A program made the translations under genes and the position numbers. The notes beneath the pieces are model-generated. The model worked only from the letters and a program-made list of their open reading frames with translations, did not search any database and was not told where the DNA came from. A stretch of DNA of 63,340 bases, counting the filler, from Asterionella formosa (Eukaryota), in NCBI GenBank assembly GCA_002256025.1. It is 2 parts of 2 records of this genome, joined end to end, with 100 filler letters (N's around TTAATTAATTAA, not from the genome) between each part and the next. Parts side by side here need not be neighbours in the genome. Positions count along the whole stretch, not along the records: positions 31,746 to 63,340 come from NKIB01000623.1; 1 more part is not named here. One strand, written 5' to 3'. Positions 34,431 to 46,143 of the stretch are shown here, one piece after another (position 1 is the stretch's first letter; every line of letters starts with the position of its first letter).

Positions 34431-35280
34431 ACTTAGCCAAGTCGAGTCTCCAGCAGGGATAGCCTAAGTTGTTATCGTCCACCTGTCAACTGTACGAGCT
34501 GGAACAGGAAGGTACGGGCAAAGCGACTCCAAGGGCATGGCATCCTTGTACTTTGATTATGTTCTATTCCTCTGCAACCAGCCAGCATAGTAGCTATGGT
34601 GATGTTCACCTGAACTGCGCTATTTACCCAGTTCTCTATCTAGCCCGGAAAGAACTCCTCCCGGATACTTGATCATATGCACACAAGTCCTTTTCATTGA
34701 TGGTCGGCCCGTCATGTCCACCATTGGGTACAGGACCATTGATTTCCAAAATGCATCTTTCAATATACCACCCCACGGCCAAAAAGCAAGTTTGTTGTTT
34801 CCATGGTTTGGAAAAACTATATATCTATTAACTAAAATTTATAATTAAGACACGCTTCAAATTGCAGAGCTGTTGGCTGGCATTATTCGAAGGCGGAACA
34901 GTCGTATTCGCCTCCTGGTCCGTAAGAGTATGAGCAGCGAACGCCGCCGAAATTATCTTTCTCGAATGTTGTTTCTTAACAATTCAATTCCTACTTCATA
35001 ATAGCGATGGATAGCATTTGAGCAAGGAATGTAGGACTCGTTCATTCCTTCACCTTTTTGCCTACAACTAACTTTGGATCTTGTTGGTATCATGCTTATA
35101 ACTCTAGCTCAAGAAAAAGGATAGAGAGTAAACAAAACAGGTCATCATTCGCACTACTGCAGTTTAAAGAAGCAACAATAGAAAACAATATGTCGGACCT
35201 CAATTGATGATTGTGGAACTAATAATATCAATCATTCTCTGTTCCTGCATACATATTCCCTCCTTGCTTCCCCTCCATCA

Positions 35281-35675
35281 TTACCCTCCTGTCTGTTCCA
35301 ACATGCAATCAATCTGATCTTGATCATCCAATTCAAGCATTTTGGGCGTCGCATCACCTTCGATACGCTCTCCGTCCAAAAGGAAGCGAAGCGACGTAGA
35401 TTGGACACCCTTTCGTTGGGCGTATGTCTCAAAGACTTTACTCATCTTTGTCGTCTTTTTGATTTTGAAAAAGGTCTCTTCTCCGGTCTGTGTTCATTCG
35501 TTGAAAGCAGAAATATTGTAAGTTTAATCAGGACTGCTTGTTGCTTGGTGTATTCCACATAAAGGATGCATTGACTCTCGTTTTAGTTGCCTGTCGTTCC
35601 TCTAGCACTTCTTACCTGATCGCGAACACGGATAGTGATGGGTTCACTACCTTCGGTCTTAGCTTCGTCGGACAT
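35281..35675 (-). CDS. SUMO: SUMO (small ubiquitin-like modifier), 88 aa; exons 35675-35616 and 35487-35281
   Basis: Spliced translation: MSDEAKTEGSEPITIRVRDQ|TGEETFFKIKKTTKMSKVFETYAQRKGVQSTSLRFLLDGERIEGDATPKMLELDDQDQIDCMLEQTGG*. Intron 35615-35488 (GTAAG...CAG, phase 0). Confidence 0.95.
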
Positions 35676-36009
35676 GGCAATATAAAGGGGATTAATAAGG
35701 CAATAGGAGCACCTTGGGTCGCAACGGGTCTTTGGTTGAACTGGTGGCAAAACATGTGCACTGATCTGATTACCACTCCACAACGATAATAAAATTACAT
35801 AGGAGTCTTGGAATTCATGCTGTGTATGAATACCAGCATACCGGTACAAAGCTACAGATGCAGATGTAAAGACTTACGGGGGGAGCTGTGGATTTCCACC
35901 GACAACATCTTGTGTGGTACAGAAACAGGCTTAAAAATATGGTGCCCACGACCACCAAAGGACAATTCATCAGGAAATACTAATACAGGATCTCGACTTT
36001 AACATTGCT

Positions 36010-38565
36010 CTATGTTGTATGCAAATAATTAGATCCAATCTCCAGGTCTGCACTTGACGAGCGCTGAAGTGGGTTGGAGTGGTTTCGAGGTTTCGGGTGA
36101 CGAAGAATGTTCTGGAGAAAGCACAGGTAAACCGGCACGACGCCGTCATCGCCTCCAGCAAATTCTTGTATTTTCAGCCTTCGGAGCTGAGATGCAGAAA
36201 ATGGGGCCAGAGTTAGCAACATAAAAACTGTGGGGATAAGTAGAAGATACGTTTTTCGGCTGACTAGTCCAATTCGCTGAGCCTTCGCCAAAACTAATAG
36301 GCTGACTTCAGAAACCTGGGCCATGGCACTTCCGACAGCCAGTGATGAAGTGATGCTGTAGTCAAAGACTCGGTTAAGGGTCGTTGCGACAACAGCAAGC
36401 TTAAAGAGGCCAATCAAGAGAACAAGTTGAATAATTTCACCAGCATGGCTCAATACGAAAGTTGGGGATAGAATTGTCCCAAGGGACGTCAGGTACATGC
36501 CGCCAAAAACACTGGTAATGGGTGCGATCGATGCAATAACTTTGGGAACGTACGGGGATCGCATCAAAGCAATTCCGGCTAGGACAGCACCGGCTTCGAT
36601 AGAAAGTTTCAGTTGATCTGACATCGTAGCAATCAGGAGGGCATAGGCTACCACACTCAAGGTGAAGAGTTCGCTCTTTTCTCCAACCATCCGAGCTTCG
36701 GCAAGGTTAGCAGCGCTGATAATATTCTTAGCAAGAATCATTGATCCCCGTAAGAAAACTGTGGCAACACCTATCCGACAGAGAATATTTATGGCTGCAA
36801 AGAGTGCAAAATTCTCCTTCGATTCCTTCACGTTGTCCCCGGTGTTAAAATGGTTGACAGATGATAAGAGCTCAGGTAGTGCAAGTAAGGGAACCATGAA
36901 GAGGTCGTGCATTGATATCACCTTTAACACGCCTTTTCCCCAGTGCGTGTCAGCTATTTTTGCTACGTGCAAGTTTTCGCTCACGATAGTTGTACTGCAT
37001 ACTGCAATGGCACAGGAAACAATGACAGCCTCGGGAATGGATACAACAACTTCAGTTAACCACACAATGGCAGCAGCGAAAAAAATTAATAGAACTAGCA
37101 CGACACATCCAACAACATTAGGGTCGCGATCCGAATCCAAGTTCGAGCTGCTGGTCGCTTTGACCAGCTCCGGTTGGGAAATGCTCCTTCGTCCCAGCCT
37201 TCTGTAATAAAGCGTATTATCGGTGTTACTTTGACCAGAAGTAGGTGAGCTGCCAATCGATTTCTCGTCTTCGTTGTCCATGTAATGGAATTCCTCGGCA
37301 ATCGAGCTCACGATTAGGGGATCCCCAGAGTATGTCAGAGAATATAGCAAACCTTGTTCAAAAAGCAGAAAGATAACTCCAAATTGAGCCAAAGTCTGTA
37401 CTTGATGTATTTCGCCAATCAGTTCCAAGCAGCTCGGTCCAATAAGCATGCCGCCCATCAGGAAACCAGCAGTTGGTGGAAGCTGCATGAATACGGCAGC
37501 CAGTCCAAACAACGAGGCTGTCATGGCCAATTTGACGATATCGAGCAAAAGTTGAAAGTCCATCGACAACACTGCAGGATCAGAGTCAGAACGGATGGAT
37601 TTGATTTCTTCCCTGACTCGAATCTTGAGATCTGGATTATCTTCTAGTTGTTGGATGACATTTTCAGATGCCTTGGCCTTTTCAGTCACGGCCTTGTCGT
37701 CGTCATTGTTGGCAGCGTCAGGTTTCAAAACAGAAGCAGCAGCATCTACTATCTCATTGAGTGCCTTTTCATCCTCTCCGTTCAGTTTCTCCTCTTCTAC
37801 TTCTTCTTTCATTGTGGTTGCTTCCTTCGCAGAAACAAAGGTTGAGTCTGAAGTACTAGCATCGACAACAGACGCTGCGTCTGAGGTTGACAAGTTCGAA
37901 ACTTCTCCTACATCATTTTCAGACTTATTTCCTTCTTCAAAAGCAGCGGATCGTCGTTCCCGCCTTTTTTCCTTCAGTGGACTAACTAGTTGACCGGTGA
38001 CATAATCAACTTTCAAGTTCAGAGTTCCTCGATGTAAGCCATCAAGAATTTTCTCTGTCTCCATCTCCGCATTTTTCTTTTTCATCACCTTTTCTTCGTT
38101 ATCCATCTTTGCTTTGGCTCTACTTATCTCCTCTTCGGCAGATTGAATTGATTCAACCAAGTCGTAAATATCAGTTTTGACTTGAATCAAATCTTGATCC
38201 AAGGTATCATTGGATATCTGACGTTTTCTTTGAGCTGTTGCAAATGAGTCCCGAACGTCGCTAGCAGCTGAGGAAACCCGTGCGTGTGCATCAAGCTCCA
38301 CCTTTTGTAAATCTTTCTCAAGCTTCTGCTCGAGATCATGAAGCTTGACACCCCAAAGCTGAGCCGTGGAATCTGGTGCAGTAGATTGGGAAATTTGGAT
38401 TTGCTGCGATACGACGGAAGTTTCTGAGTTTATGGATGCCGTGGAAACATATTCAGAATAGGTTTCTGTTACGGTCAAGGCAAGCAACACCCATAAGCAC
38501 GAGGGTCGAGGAACTCCTTTGACTGATGCTAATGTTCTTCGATTACACTTCCGTTTGTGGTGCAT
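36010..38565 (-). CDS. CPA2 cation/H+ antiporter, TMCO3/KEA4-6-like, with an N-terminal signal/anchor and coiled coil
   Basis: Motifs DPAVLSMD, GFLMGGMLIGP, QVQTLAQFGVIFLLFEQGL, STTIV, SMHDL, LSIEAGAVLAG, AQVSE; no KTN domain. First ATG at 38565 (the track ORF opens at GTG 38601). Confidence 0.85.
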   Translation of the reverse strand: MHHKRKCNRRTLASVKGVPRPSCLWVLLALTVTETYSEYVSTASINSETSVVSQQIQISQSTAPDSTAQLWGVKLHDLEQKLEKDLQKVELDAHARVSSAASDVRDSFATAQRKRQISNDTLDQDLIQVKTDIYDLVESIQSAEEEISRAKAKMDNEEKVMKKKNAEMETEKILDGLHRGTLNLKVDYVTGQLVSPLKEKRRERRSAAFEEGNKSENDVGEVSNLSTSDAASVVDASTSDSTFVSAKEATTMKEEVEEEKLNGEDEKALNEIVDAAASVLKPDAANNDDDKAVTEKAKASENVIQQLEDNPDLKIRVREEIKSIRSDSDPAVLSMDFQLLLDIVKLAMTASLFGLAAVFMQLPPTAGFLMGGMLIGPSCLELIGEIHQVQTLAQFGVIFLLFEQGLLYSLTYSGDPLIVSSIAEEFHYMDNEDEKSIGSSPTSGQSNTDNTLYYRRLGRRSISQPELVKATSSSNLDSDRDPNVVGCVVLVLLIFFAAAIVWLTEVVVSIPEAVIVSCAIAVCSTTIVSENLHVAKIADTHWGKGVLKVISMHDLFMVPLLALPELLSSVNHFNTGDNVKESKENFALFAAINILCRIGVATVFLRGSMILAKNIISAANLAEARMVGEKSELFTLSVVAYALLIATMSDQLKLSIEAGAVLAGIALMRSPYVPKVIASIAPITSVFGGMYLTSLGTILSPTFVLSHAGEIIQLVLLIGLFKLAVVATTLNRVFDYSITSSLAVGSAMAQVSEVSLLVLAKAQRIGLVSRKTYLLLIPTVFMLLTLAPFSASQLRRLKIQEFAGGDDGVVPVYLCFLQNILRHPKPRNHSNPLQRSSSADLEIGSNYLHTT

Positions 38566-39346
38566 TCTGTTGCGCAATGTTCTGGACAAAAGAATGTGCA
38601 CGCTGTTAATAGCTGTACCTGATGGTCAAGTTTTGCGCCACGCTGGATGAATGGGGTTTCCACTCCTCTGCTGATCAAGGATGATGATGGAATGTGCACT
38701 GCTATTTAATTAATAGCTGTACCGGTACCTGATTGGCAACCTGCGCGCCATGTGCGCTGATTACCCATCATCACAACAAGAAGAGATGTCTGTATGTACT
38801 GCACATACAACATGACAGAGACCCACTCCTATGTACGACGAACTTTCGTCAATTCGCTCGTGGTCATGATACCAGGTACCAGCTGGGACCATCGTTCTAT
38901 ACATCCATACCGCTATGTATGCATAAACGACATGCTACCGGTATTGACTCTTCGTGATAAAGGATTTTGTATTTATGTACACGAACCACATACCAGGAGT
39001 ACTTCATGTCCAAGTAGCTGGGACTGGTACTGAGGTACTGGTACGGAGTACCATACCAACCACACTGGAGGTCCCATGCATTGCACGTATAATTACACAG
39101 GTAATAGATAGGCCTTCATGAGCAAATCCTCCAAATCGTAAACCAGCGACGACATTATCAAGGGTCAACGCCATGATGGTTCCATTAGTCTAGTCTATCT
39201 ACTCCACCGTCTCTAATATCATTTGAAAGGGAGAGAAAAAACACCTTGCAGACAGCAGAGAACTGTGCATGAAACTTAAAAGGATTTTGAACGTCCTTAT
39301 AGAATAAAAGGACAACGACATCCTCGCACCTTATCAAGTTATTGCT

Positions 39347-42229
39347 ATGCAGAATCTAGTGCCGCACTTTATGAGCTTCTCCAGTCGATACACGGACGAG
39401 GATTTTTCGATTCGCGCACAGGAAATTTCCAGCCCTGTCCAAGACAGTCAAATGAATGATTTTGATCGTAACACAGGCCAAGAGGAGGATGCTAACAATG
39501 GGCAAGAACTAGACAGTCAAGGCAGAGTTATGGATACAGTAAACGATTCACAAAATAAGAAATCTGCAGCGGAAACGGAGCATTCACCCATTTCCAAGGT
39601 TCGAATATTGAAAATAGGAGATAGACGAGATTTGAAAAGAAAACGGCATTCAGACGAGCGCGAGGAAGCGGAATCTTTACAAAATACAGTACCTCGGGTC
39701 GTTGGTACACCAGGAAGGTCACTTTTGAACGCCATTTCCAAAGGCTTAGAGTCGATTGGATCAGCGATAGAGCGGGTGAGCAACTCTAGGGTCCGTACTC
39801 ACCAGCCTCAGCCGGAGATAATATCATTAGAAGAATGTGGAGACAGTTTGGCTCGTTTGCAATCAGCGTCTTGTGGTACAGAACAACCATGGAATGTGCT
39901 ACAAATCGATAATTATGCTTTAAGTCGACGAACTAACGGTAATTATGCTGCCAAATCAACGGCAATAATCGACGTCGAGAACGACTTAGAGGGACGAATG
40001 GGCAGACCAAGAAAAATCAAGCCATCTCCTGATTTTTCAAAGGAAGAAATGAAGGTGTTTCAAAGCACAGATTCACCAAATGAGAGCAGAATAATGCTGC
40101 ATGATGAGTCATTCAACAAAGCGCTATCCCTAAAGCGAAAGAAAGTTATTATCGAAAAAAGAATCAAGGCAATAAATCCGAAGCAGTCCTTTGATTGTGG
40201 ACCACCCAAGGAAAAGAAACCAAGAAAACTTGTAAAGAAGAATGGTGTAAATGTGGCTGACGGGCCCATGGGAACGACAAATAGAGACGCGACCACACCC
40301 GAGTCAAGACCACTTATTGTGCTTCGTGCTTGTCAAGCACGTATTAAGAAAGGCATGGTACGTGGAGCAATCGAGTTATGTCACCATGTGTTAATTCAGT
40401 GGCACAACGACGCTTTGAAAATACTAGTTAAGAATATCCAGAGCAAATCTGGTACCGATCATTTGACGGTCTATCAATTGCTATGTTTGAGGAACGATAT
40501 CGCTGGGATTTGGTGCACCTATGCTCGAGTCATTCTTGAGGTCGCTCGATTTCTTGATGGCAGAATGAAAAAGCAAATTTCAAAATCGGTCGACGACCCC
40601 GCCCTTCAGACTTTCTTACCTAGCCGAGAGCAATGCGAGAAGTTATATGTGGCTTTAGTCGGAGAAGCCTTGAGAACGCTGAGAAATGCCCAAACATGCC
40701 CTTTGGTTGGAAATCATGGCCATGTTACTATCAACCTATCACGAGTACTTGAATTTGATTTTTGTAGAGCACAGCTTGGAAATTACTTTGAACGTTCAAG
40801 CGAAATGTTGTCAACTGATGAAATTCTTTCGACTTATTTTTCTTTGGATTTCCAATTAACTCGTGACCTGGCGACTTCGTTTCAGAACCTCTGTGGACCG
40901 GATTTCATGTTTGCTGGCACTTATAGTGAATCGATTATAAAGGAAAAACTTCATGAGATCACAACGACTGGAACACGTGAAGAAACTGGAAAGAGACGCA
41001 TCAATATCAAGGCGATCGATAGAGTCAAATTGATATCACAGTGTTTATCTGAGTTACCCGAATTCTCGCCGAAGCCTTCTCCTGAGCTTGAATTTCTTTT
41101 CTCCAAAGTTTTGAAAATGGGAGATGACCATTTTTTTAGGGAAAGAACTCCTACACTCGCGACATTGGATTTTGAAGAAAGGGAGAGTCGGCCTTCTAGT
41201 CTCGGCTTCAAGGAGTTAGATTTCCATGATTCTTCTAATGAACATTTCCGGGGGGAAAGGCCTAGAAGGCCAAGCGCCATCTGCCTCCCCTGTACTGACG
41301 AAAAAAAAAGAGAGAACAAGGACAAAATACTTTCAGAAATGGAAATGGTCAATGAACTCAAAGACGCCTGCGAGAAATTCCGAGTACAGGCTAAGTCCAA
41401 GGCTGTGTCAACTGGATTCTGCGCTGCATATGCAGATTTTGAAGAATTGGATCTCAACAATGGGCGTGGAACCAAGGTTTATTCTGTCGAAGTTTTCGAT
41501 ACGATTAGGCAATGCTGGGAGAATACTAAGGAGAAGCCATTCTCTCTCAGTAAAGCAAGCGCCATAACTGATCGTGGGAACGAGTATGGCCTTGCCGACA
41601 TGGTGACCGACGTCGAACAGATCTGTACGAACTGCCTCGTTTGCGCGTTCTCGTCGCTGCCCGATTTTAAAGCACACAATAGAGAGTGTTTCAAGCGAAT
41701 TAAGACCCAGAAATCTGCGATTGCATTTGGAAAGTCACTTATTTCCAGAAAATGGAATTTGTCGTCATTTGACCCTGAAAATGGTCGAGGCCGACAAATG
41801 GATGATGTGCTCAACGTTCTCGATTACTCGGTTGAGATGTTTGAAGTGAAGCCAGGTCATTGGACTTACCCAATTGAAGATCTAGAACAAGAACATTTTC
41901 CAATGTTTGCTCCGTCTTTTTCTGGTCAAATTGGATTGCGATGCCAGTATTGTGTAGATAAGGATGGCTGGTCACGTGACGGATCTTTTATTTTTCCATA
42001 CGCAAGGAAGAATCTACCTCAAGCTATGTGGCATTTGTGTATTGGTCATCTTGATGATTGTCCCAACCAGCCTGTTGATGTAAAAACGCACCATCAAGAA
42101 TATAGGGAACGAGTAGCACACGACAGCGGTGTGTTGACGGAATATTGGAATAATGCTGCCGAAGAACTGGGCCTCCAACCAAGACGGGGGAATGTCGGTC
42201 TTGTTTGGAGAACAGTAGTGGGAAAGTGA
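39347..42229 (+). CDS. Uncharacterised 960-aa protein with basic NLS-like patches, a C2HC-like finger and a C-terminal Cys/His domain
   Basis: Long uninterrupted ORF containing LKRKR, GRPRK, CTNC...HNREC and GQIGLRCQYC...GSFIFP...HLDDCP...YWNNAAEELGL. Confidence 0.8.
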   Translation: MQNLVPHFMSFSSRYTDEDFSIRAQEISSPVQDSQMNDFDRNTGQEEDANNGQELDSQGRVMDTVNDSQNKKSAAETEHSPISKVRILKIGDRRDLKRKRHSDEREEAESLQNTVPRVVGTPGRSLLNAISKGLESIGSAIERVSNSRVRTHQPQPEIISLEECGDSLARLQSASCGTEQPWNVLQIDNYALSRRTNGNYAAKSTAIIDVENDLEGRMGRPRKIKPSPDFSKEEMKVFQSTDSPNESRIMLHDESFNKALSLKRKKVIIEKRIKAINPKQSFDCGPPKEKKPRKLVKKNGVNVADGPMGTTNRDATTPESRPLIVLRACQARIKKGMVRGAIELCHHVLIQWHNDALKILVKNIQSKSGTDHLTVYQLLCLRNDIAGIWCTYARVILEVARFLDGRMKKQISKSVDDPALQTFLPSREQCEKLYVALVGEALRTLRNAQTCPLVGNHGHVTINLSRVLEFDFCRAQLGNYFERSSEMLSTDEILSTYFSLDFQLTRDLATSFQNLCGPDFMFAGTYSESIIKEKLHEITTTGTREETGKRRINIKAIDRVKLISQCLSELPEFSPKPSPELEFLFSKVLKMGDDHFFRERTPTLATLDFEERESRPSSLGFKELDFHDSSNEHFRGERPRRPSAICLPCTDEKKRENKDKILSEMEMVNELKDACEKFRVQAKSKAVSTGFCAAYADFEELDLNNGRGTKVYSVEVFDTIRQCWENTKEKPFSLSKASAITDRGNEYGLADMVTDVEQICTNCLVCAFSSLPDFKAHNRECFKRIKTQKSAIAFGKSLISRKWNLSSFDPENGRGRQMDDVLNVLDYSVEMFEVKPGHWTYPIEDLEQEHFPMFAPSFSGQIGLRCQYCVDKDGWSRDGSFIFPYARKNLPQAMWHLCIGHLDDCPNQPVDVKTHHQEYRERVAHDSGVLTEYWNNAAEELGLQPRRGNVGLVWRTVVGK

Positions 42230-42559
42230 GTTGATGGGGTTTAAGTACTTACTTGACAAGTTTAAGTATGTACCGGTTACTGGTAGTGTAAACGAGAATT
42301 CCAAAAAGGGAGTAAATACTAACCTATCCTGGAGCCTCAAGTCGGAGAAATAGAGTAGACTGCGTTGTTGCCCATTGCCAAGGTATACCCTTGCTTAAAT
42401 TGGTCATGTTATAGGCCGAATTATGTAACAGTAAGTCCCCCGGTGTCCAATAAAAGTGCATTGTTGGTATGACTACCTTATGAAGCATATGTATGTACGA
42501 CCAAGTTGTGAAATTGATAACATGATGCAGAACAGCAATGAGATCAACTGTATCACGAC

Positions 42560-43170
42560 TTAGTGACAAAGTTTTATGCTCATTTTATTCTTCCAAATGA
42601 GGAAACATCAAAACGTGGGCAAATGGCTCAAAAAAAGCAAAGGACAATGACCAGCAAGGCGACCCCAAGCAAAAGTGAGAAAGTCTTGCTTACTCTGTTT
42701 TATTCTATCCAATCTCAAAATTGTTCTCCTTATCTGGCCAAAGTGATGAAAACAACCTATCTTAATTAACAGTTTCAAAGTGGTTGGGATTGGAAATTTT
42801 GAACTGCCAGCATCATCATACCAACCACCCAGCAATATAACTATAATAAGCTATATATGTACAGTATACATGTTATGTCTATATCAACTGCTGACTAATG
42901 AAGGTGATAGCTAGTATTCTTGTAAAATAATTTGAAATCTTATTATCATCATGCTTCCATCATTCTCATGGCACAATGCTGCTTAATCTTGATTCTGTAT
43001 GGAAAGAGTCATGTCTGTATTTGCTCCAGATCATTACATCGATATTTTCAGCCATCTATATACCTACCGGTAATATAAACTGAATTTTTTTGCGTTTAGG
43101 TGTCATGTGTGATGATGTGCATCATGCATGTTTATATATAGCTTTAAATTGACTGCTTATAATTTTATTC
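42560..43170 (+). repeat. Dispersed repeat family, copy A
   Basis: Aligns by eye with 47780-48310 (e.g. GTGATGAAAACAACCTATCTTAAT...TTGGGATTGGAAA...AACTGCCAGCATCATCATA). Boundaries are approximate. Confidence 0.8.
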
Positions 43171-43799
43171 TTTGCTGTTTTGTTGAACTTCATCGTTTTT
43201 TGTTTGTATGCACTCGATCTTCCCTCCCGTTTCTTGTTTTTGGATTCTGCCCAGTTTAAAAAAAATAGAATTCACATCGCTATGGCGTATCGCAATCTAC
43301 TGGAAACGTCCAGCAGTGTCATGAGAAAAAAACAATCAGAGCCTGACTTGCAAATGGCTTTGTTGCATAGAGCAGTGCCATATACCATGAATCATTGGTT
43401 ACTTTCAATTATAACTGACTCTGTCCCAGCAACAATGCACTGAGCAATCACAGTAATCAAGACCATCTGGTCAGGATAGCTGACATAATCGAAGTGAACC
43501 CTGCTAATGTGGAAGAAGCTGCATTTCAAGACATACTCCAACAAGTAGTATTACTTACACCAGCTCAATACAAAATATTTATGAAATGAAGGCACAGGCT
43601 CATCAACAGACCTCAGACAGCTAGATGATGCAACCACTCTAGACTGCTTTATGAATACAATCCGTTCAACTGCTGGTCAAAGCGCTAAGTTATATGCAAT
43701 AAGTGGCTAAATCCAGGAACAACATTCAGTGGTTGTTTATGGTTATGATAATGTCAACTCTGGTGACTTCAACATTTAACAGTTTTCACACATTTTAAA

Positions 43800-45609
43800 A
43801 AACGCCTGAAAATTAAATGCACTGATCAATTTGCCTCGAATAATAAAGACAAAATCGCCTGACCCAGCATGGACAGGAAAGCATTGCTTCTGACGGGTGT
43901 CAGAAGAAATACAAGTTTATGGTATATAAGCATACCATTTATCTACCTTTTCTGCAATGCAAATGACCAACCTCCCAATGATCAGGATAGTTTGGATGGT
44001 GTTACCGAAACCATGACTTGGAATGCCCCGCTCACTGGTGATATCTTCAATGGTGCTGATAAGTATAAGCTATTTCAACTACTTGTTGCCTAGAAGGCTA
44101 GTGGATCTAGTGGATCTAGTAAGCAAACACTTGTGAACCGATTCTCTCAATATTCTGATGGTCAAGTTGCCTGGTTGAACTTGGTGCTTACCAATGAGGT
44201 AACTAATTACCATAATGCTTGCATCCTCAAGGCTGAAGAGATGAAGCCAAAGCGAAGCGACAGACAAAGATGGACATTGGCTGATTATTGCTCCGTCCAC
44301 ATGAATGTTTAGGCTGAATTAGAAACTCTTGTAATTATATGTGATGGTGCAAGTCAAGTCCGTGCATTGCTAGTGAGGATCCAAACCAACCGAATCTGCC
44401 AAATGTTTGCAATTGCTTTAAATGATGACTTGTGTGCTACCAACTTGCAGGCATCAGCAGTTATTAAACTTCAAAATTTAATATGTATTCTCCTTGCATC
44501 CACGATATAATAGTACTCTCCAGCAAGCAGAGCTCCTCAATGGATCATCCTTTTGTTGAATGTAGTGTAATCCTTCCCTGGGCTCCTGGGGTAGGGTCTT
44601 CCTGCTCTTACACAATGTATGACAGTGTAATGCCATGACTGAGGACCCCAGGAATTACCAACAAGTAGTCAGTTAATGAACGCCTTTACCACTCAGGCCA
44701 TTTATGTTCATCCTTGAACTTTCTGGGTCAGCTGCCTTCTATTGGTACTAGTAACCAAAACTTGATATCAGATTTGCAAATCTGAGCCAAACTGAGGGCT
44801 TCATACATCATTTCCTCATCAAACTGTTCATTTTTTGGGACATCGCTTGCCCTGGTGTAACAGTTCTGAATCCAAAGATGCATGAAGCCAGACAGCTTGC
44901 TTCTTAGCGCATCCGAGCGAGCCCAAGCACAATCCACCCATTTTCCTGAGTGCGCCATCCAAACTCATCCACCTCCATATTGTATATAAATATCTTTTGC
45001 CGCATGGTAACGGAAGTCCTCAAAATGATTCAATCCTGCCTGCATGAGCGATGCAGGCCTTGTCTTCCTCAGCTTCGAATCCAATCACCTGGAGTACATA
45101 CTAATCAACGCCCTCCAACATTGCTGGTGAGCCTTTGTTCACAAGCGGAGCAACTGCCACTTCGGCAATGTTGCTGTTTTGTAACTATATAATGTCGATA
45201 AAATCTTTGTAAGAAGTGAGGCCACTAAGACACAGCAGGCTCTCCAGAAACATGTTCGCCATGGTCGAGTCTCTTTTTACCATGTGTCATCTGCTCACAA
45301 TTATGCGGACCACTTCACCAAAGCTTTACCATTTGCTACCCTTAGTGCTCTCTGCATGACCATGATGGGTTATTCTTTCCTTGATGCTGGTCATCGGGCT
45401 CTCGCTCATCCATTTTCTGCTGTCCTCTCCTGACAACTATTGATTTCGTTTTCTTTCTCTTTTCTTTATTCTTCCAGAGATGGGGGGGGATGTTATAAAT
45501 CACTAGTCTGTCCTGCTGATCTATCTGTTTGTCTGACACATGAAGTGTTAGTTACTCGTGTGACTCTTTATTCTTGTCCGGTTAAACTACTCTAATCACT
45601 CTTTTAACA
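43800..45609 (+). mobile_element. Decayed Copia-type LTR retrotransposon (gag-like and RNase H remnants, PPT, 3' LTR 45491-45609)
   Basis: RNase H C-terminal motif HVSSAHNYADHFTKALP at ~45281-45331. Polypurine tract GAGATGGGGGGGGA is followed by a TGTTA...TAACA LTR. Gag-like fragments NAPLTG..F...KLFQLL and DGQVAWLNL lie upstream. Confidence 0.7.
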
Positions 45610-46143
45610 AACACACTTTCCAAACTCCTTTTGAGCTTGTCAGGCTCGTTATTGGACTCACCCCTTCCCTCGTAATATTCTCGATCATCGACATTGTCGA
45701 TCTCCCTCGTTCCCTCTTTCATTACAGGAAATGATCAGCTAACTTTCAAGAAAGTCACAATAAAGAAAATGAAATATATATCAAGGACCTGGCTAGGAAC
45801 ACTGGCAACCAAATTTTTTACAAGAATCCCACATGAGGGAGTGTCCACAATAAATCTCTCTACCACCTCACCTTTCTGAGTCCTGGACGGGGGGCTATGA
45901 AGACAATCCTGTAGTAGATTTTCAACTAGTCTACTATGGGCAACAAAAAAATTTGATACAAATATAATTTGGTCAATCAAAGAAGTATTGGAAAATAAGG
46001 ACGACAGGGTATGAGGTGGTGTAAAGCAACATGTAAATTGCTCCTACCATCAGCCAGGTATATACCAAAAGTATACACCATACTATACACCTATACTTTT
46101 AGATGTATTATACGATAGAATATGATTTTAACCATCCTCATAA

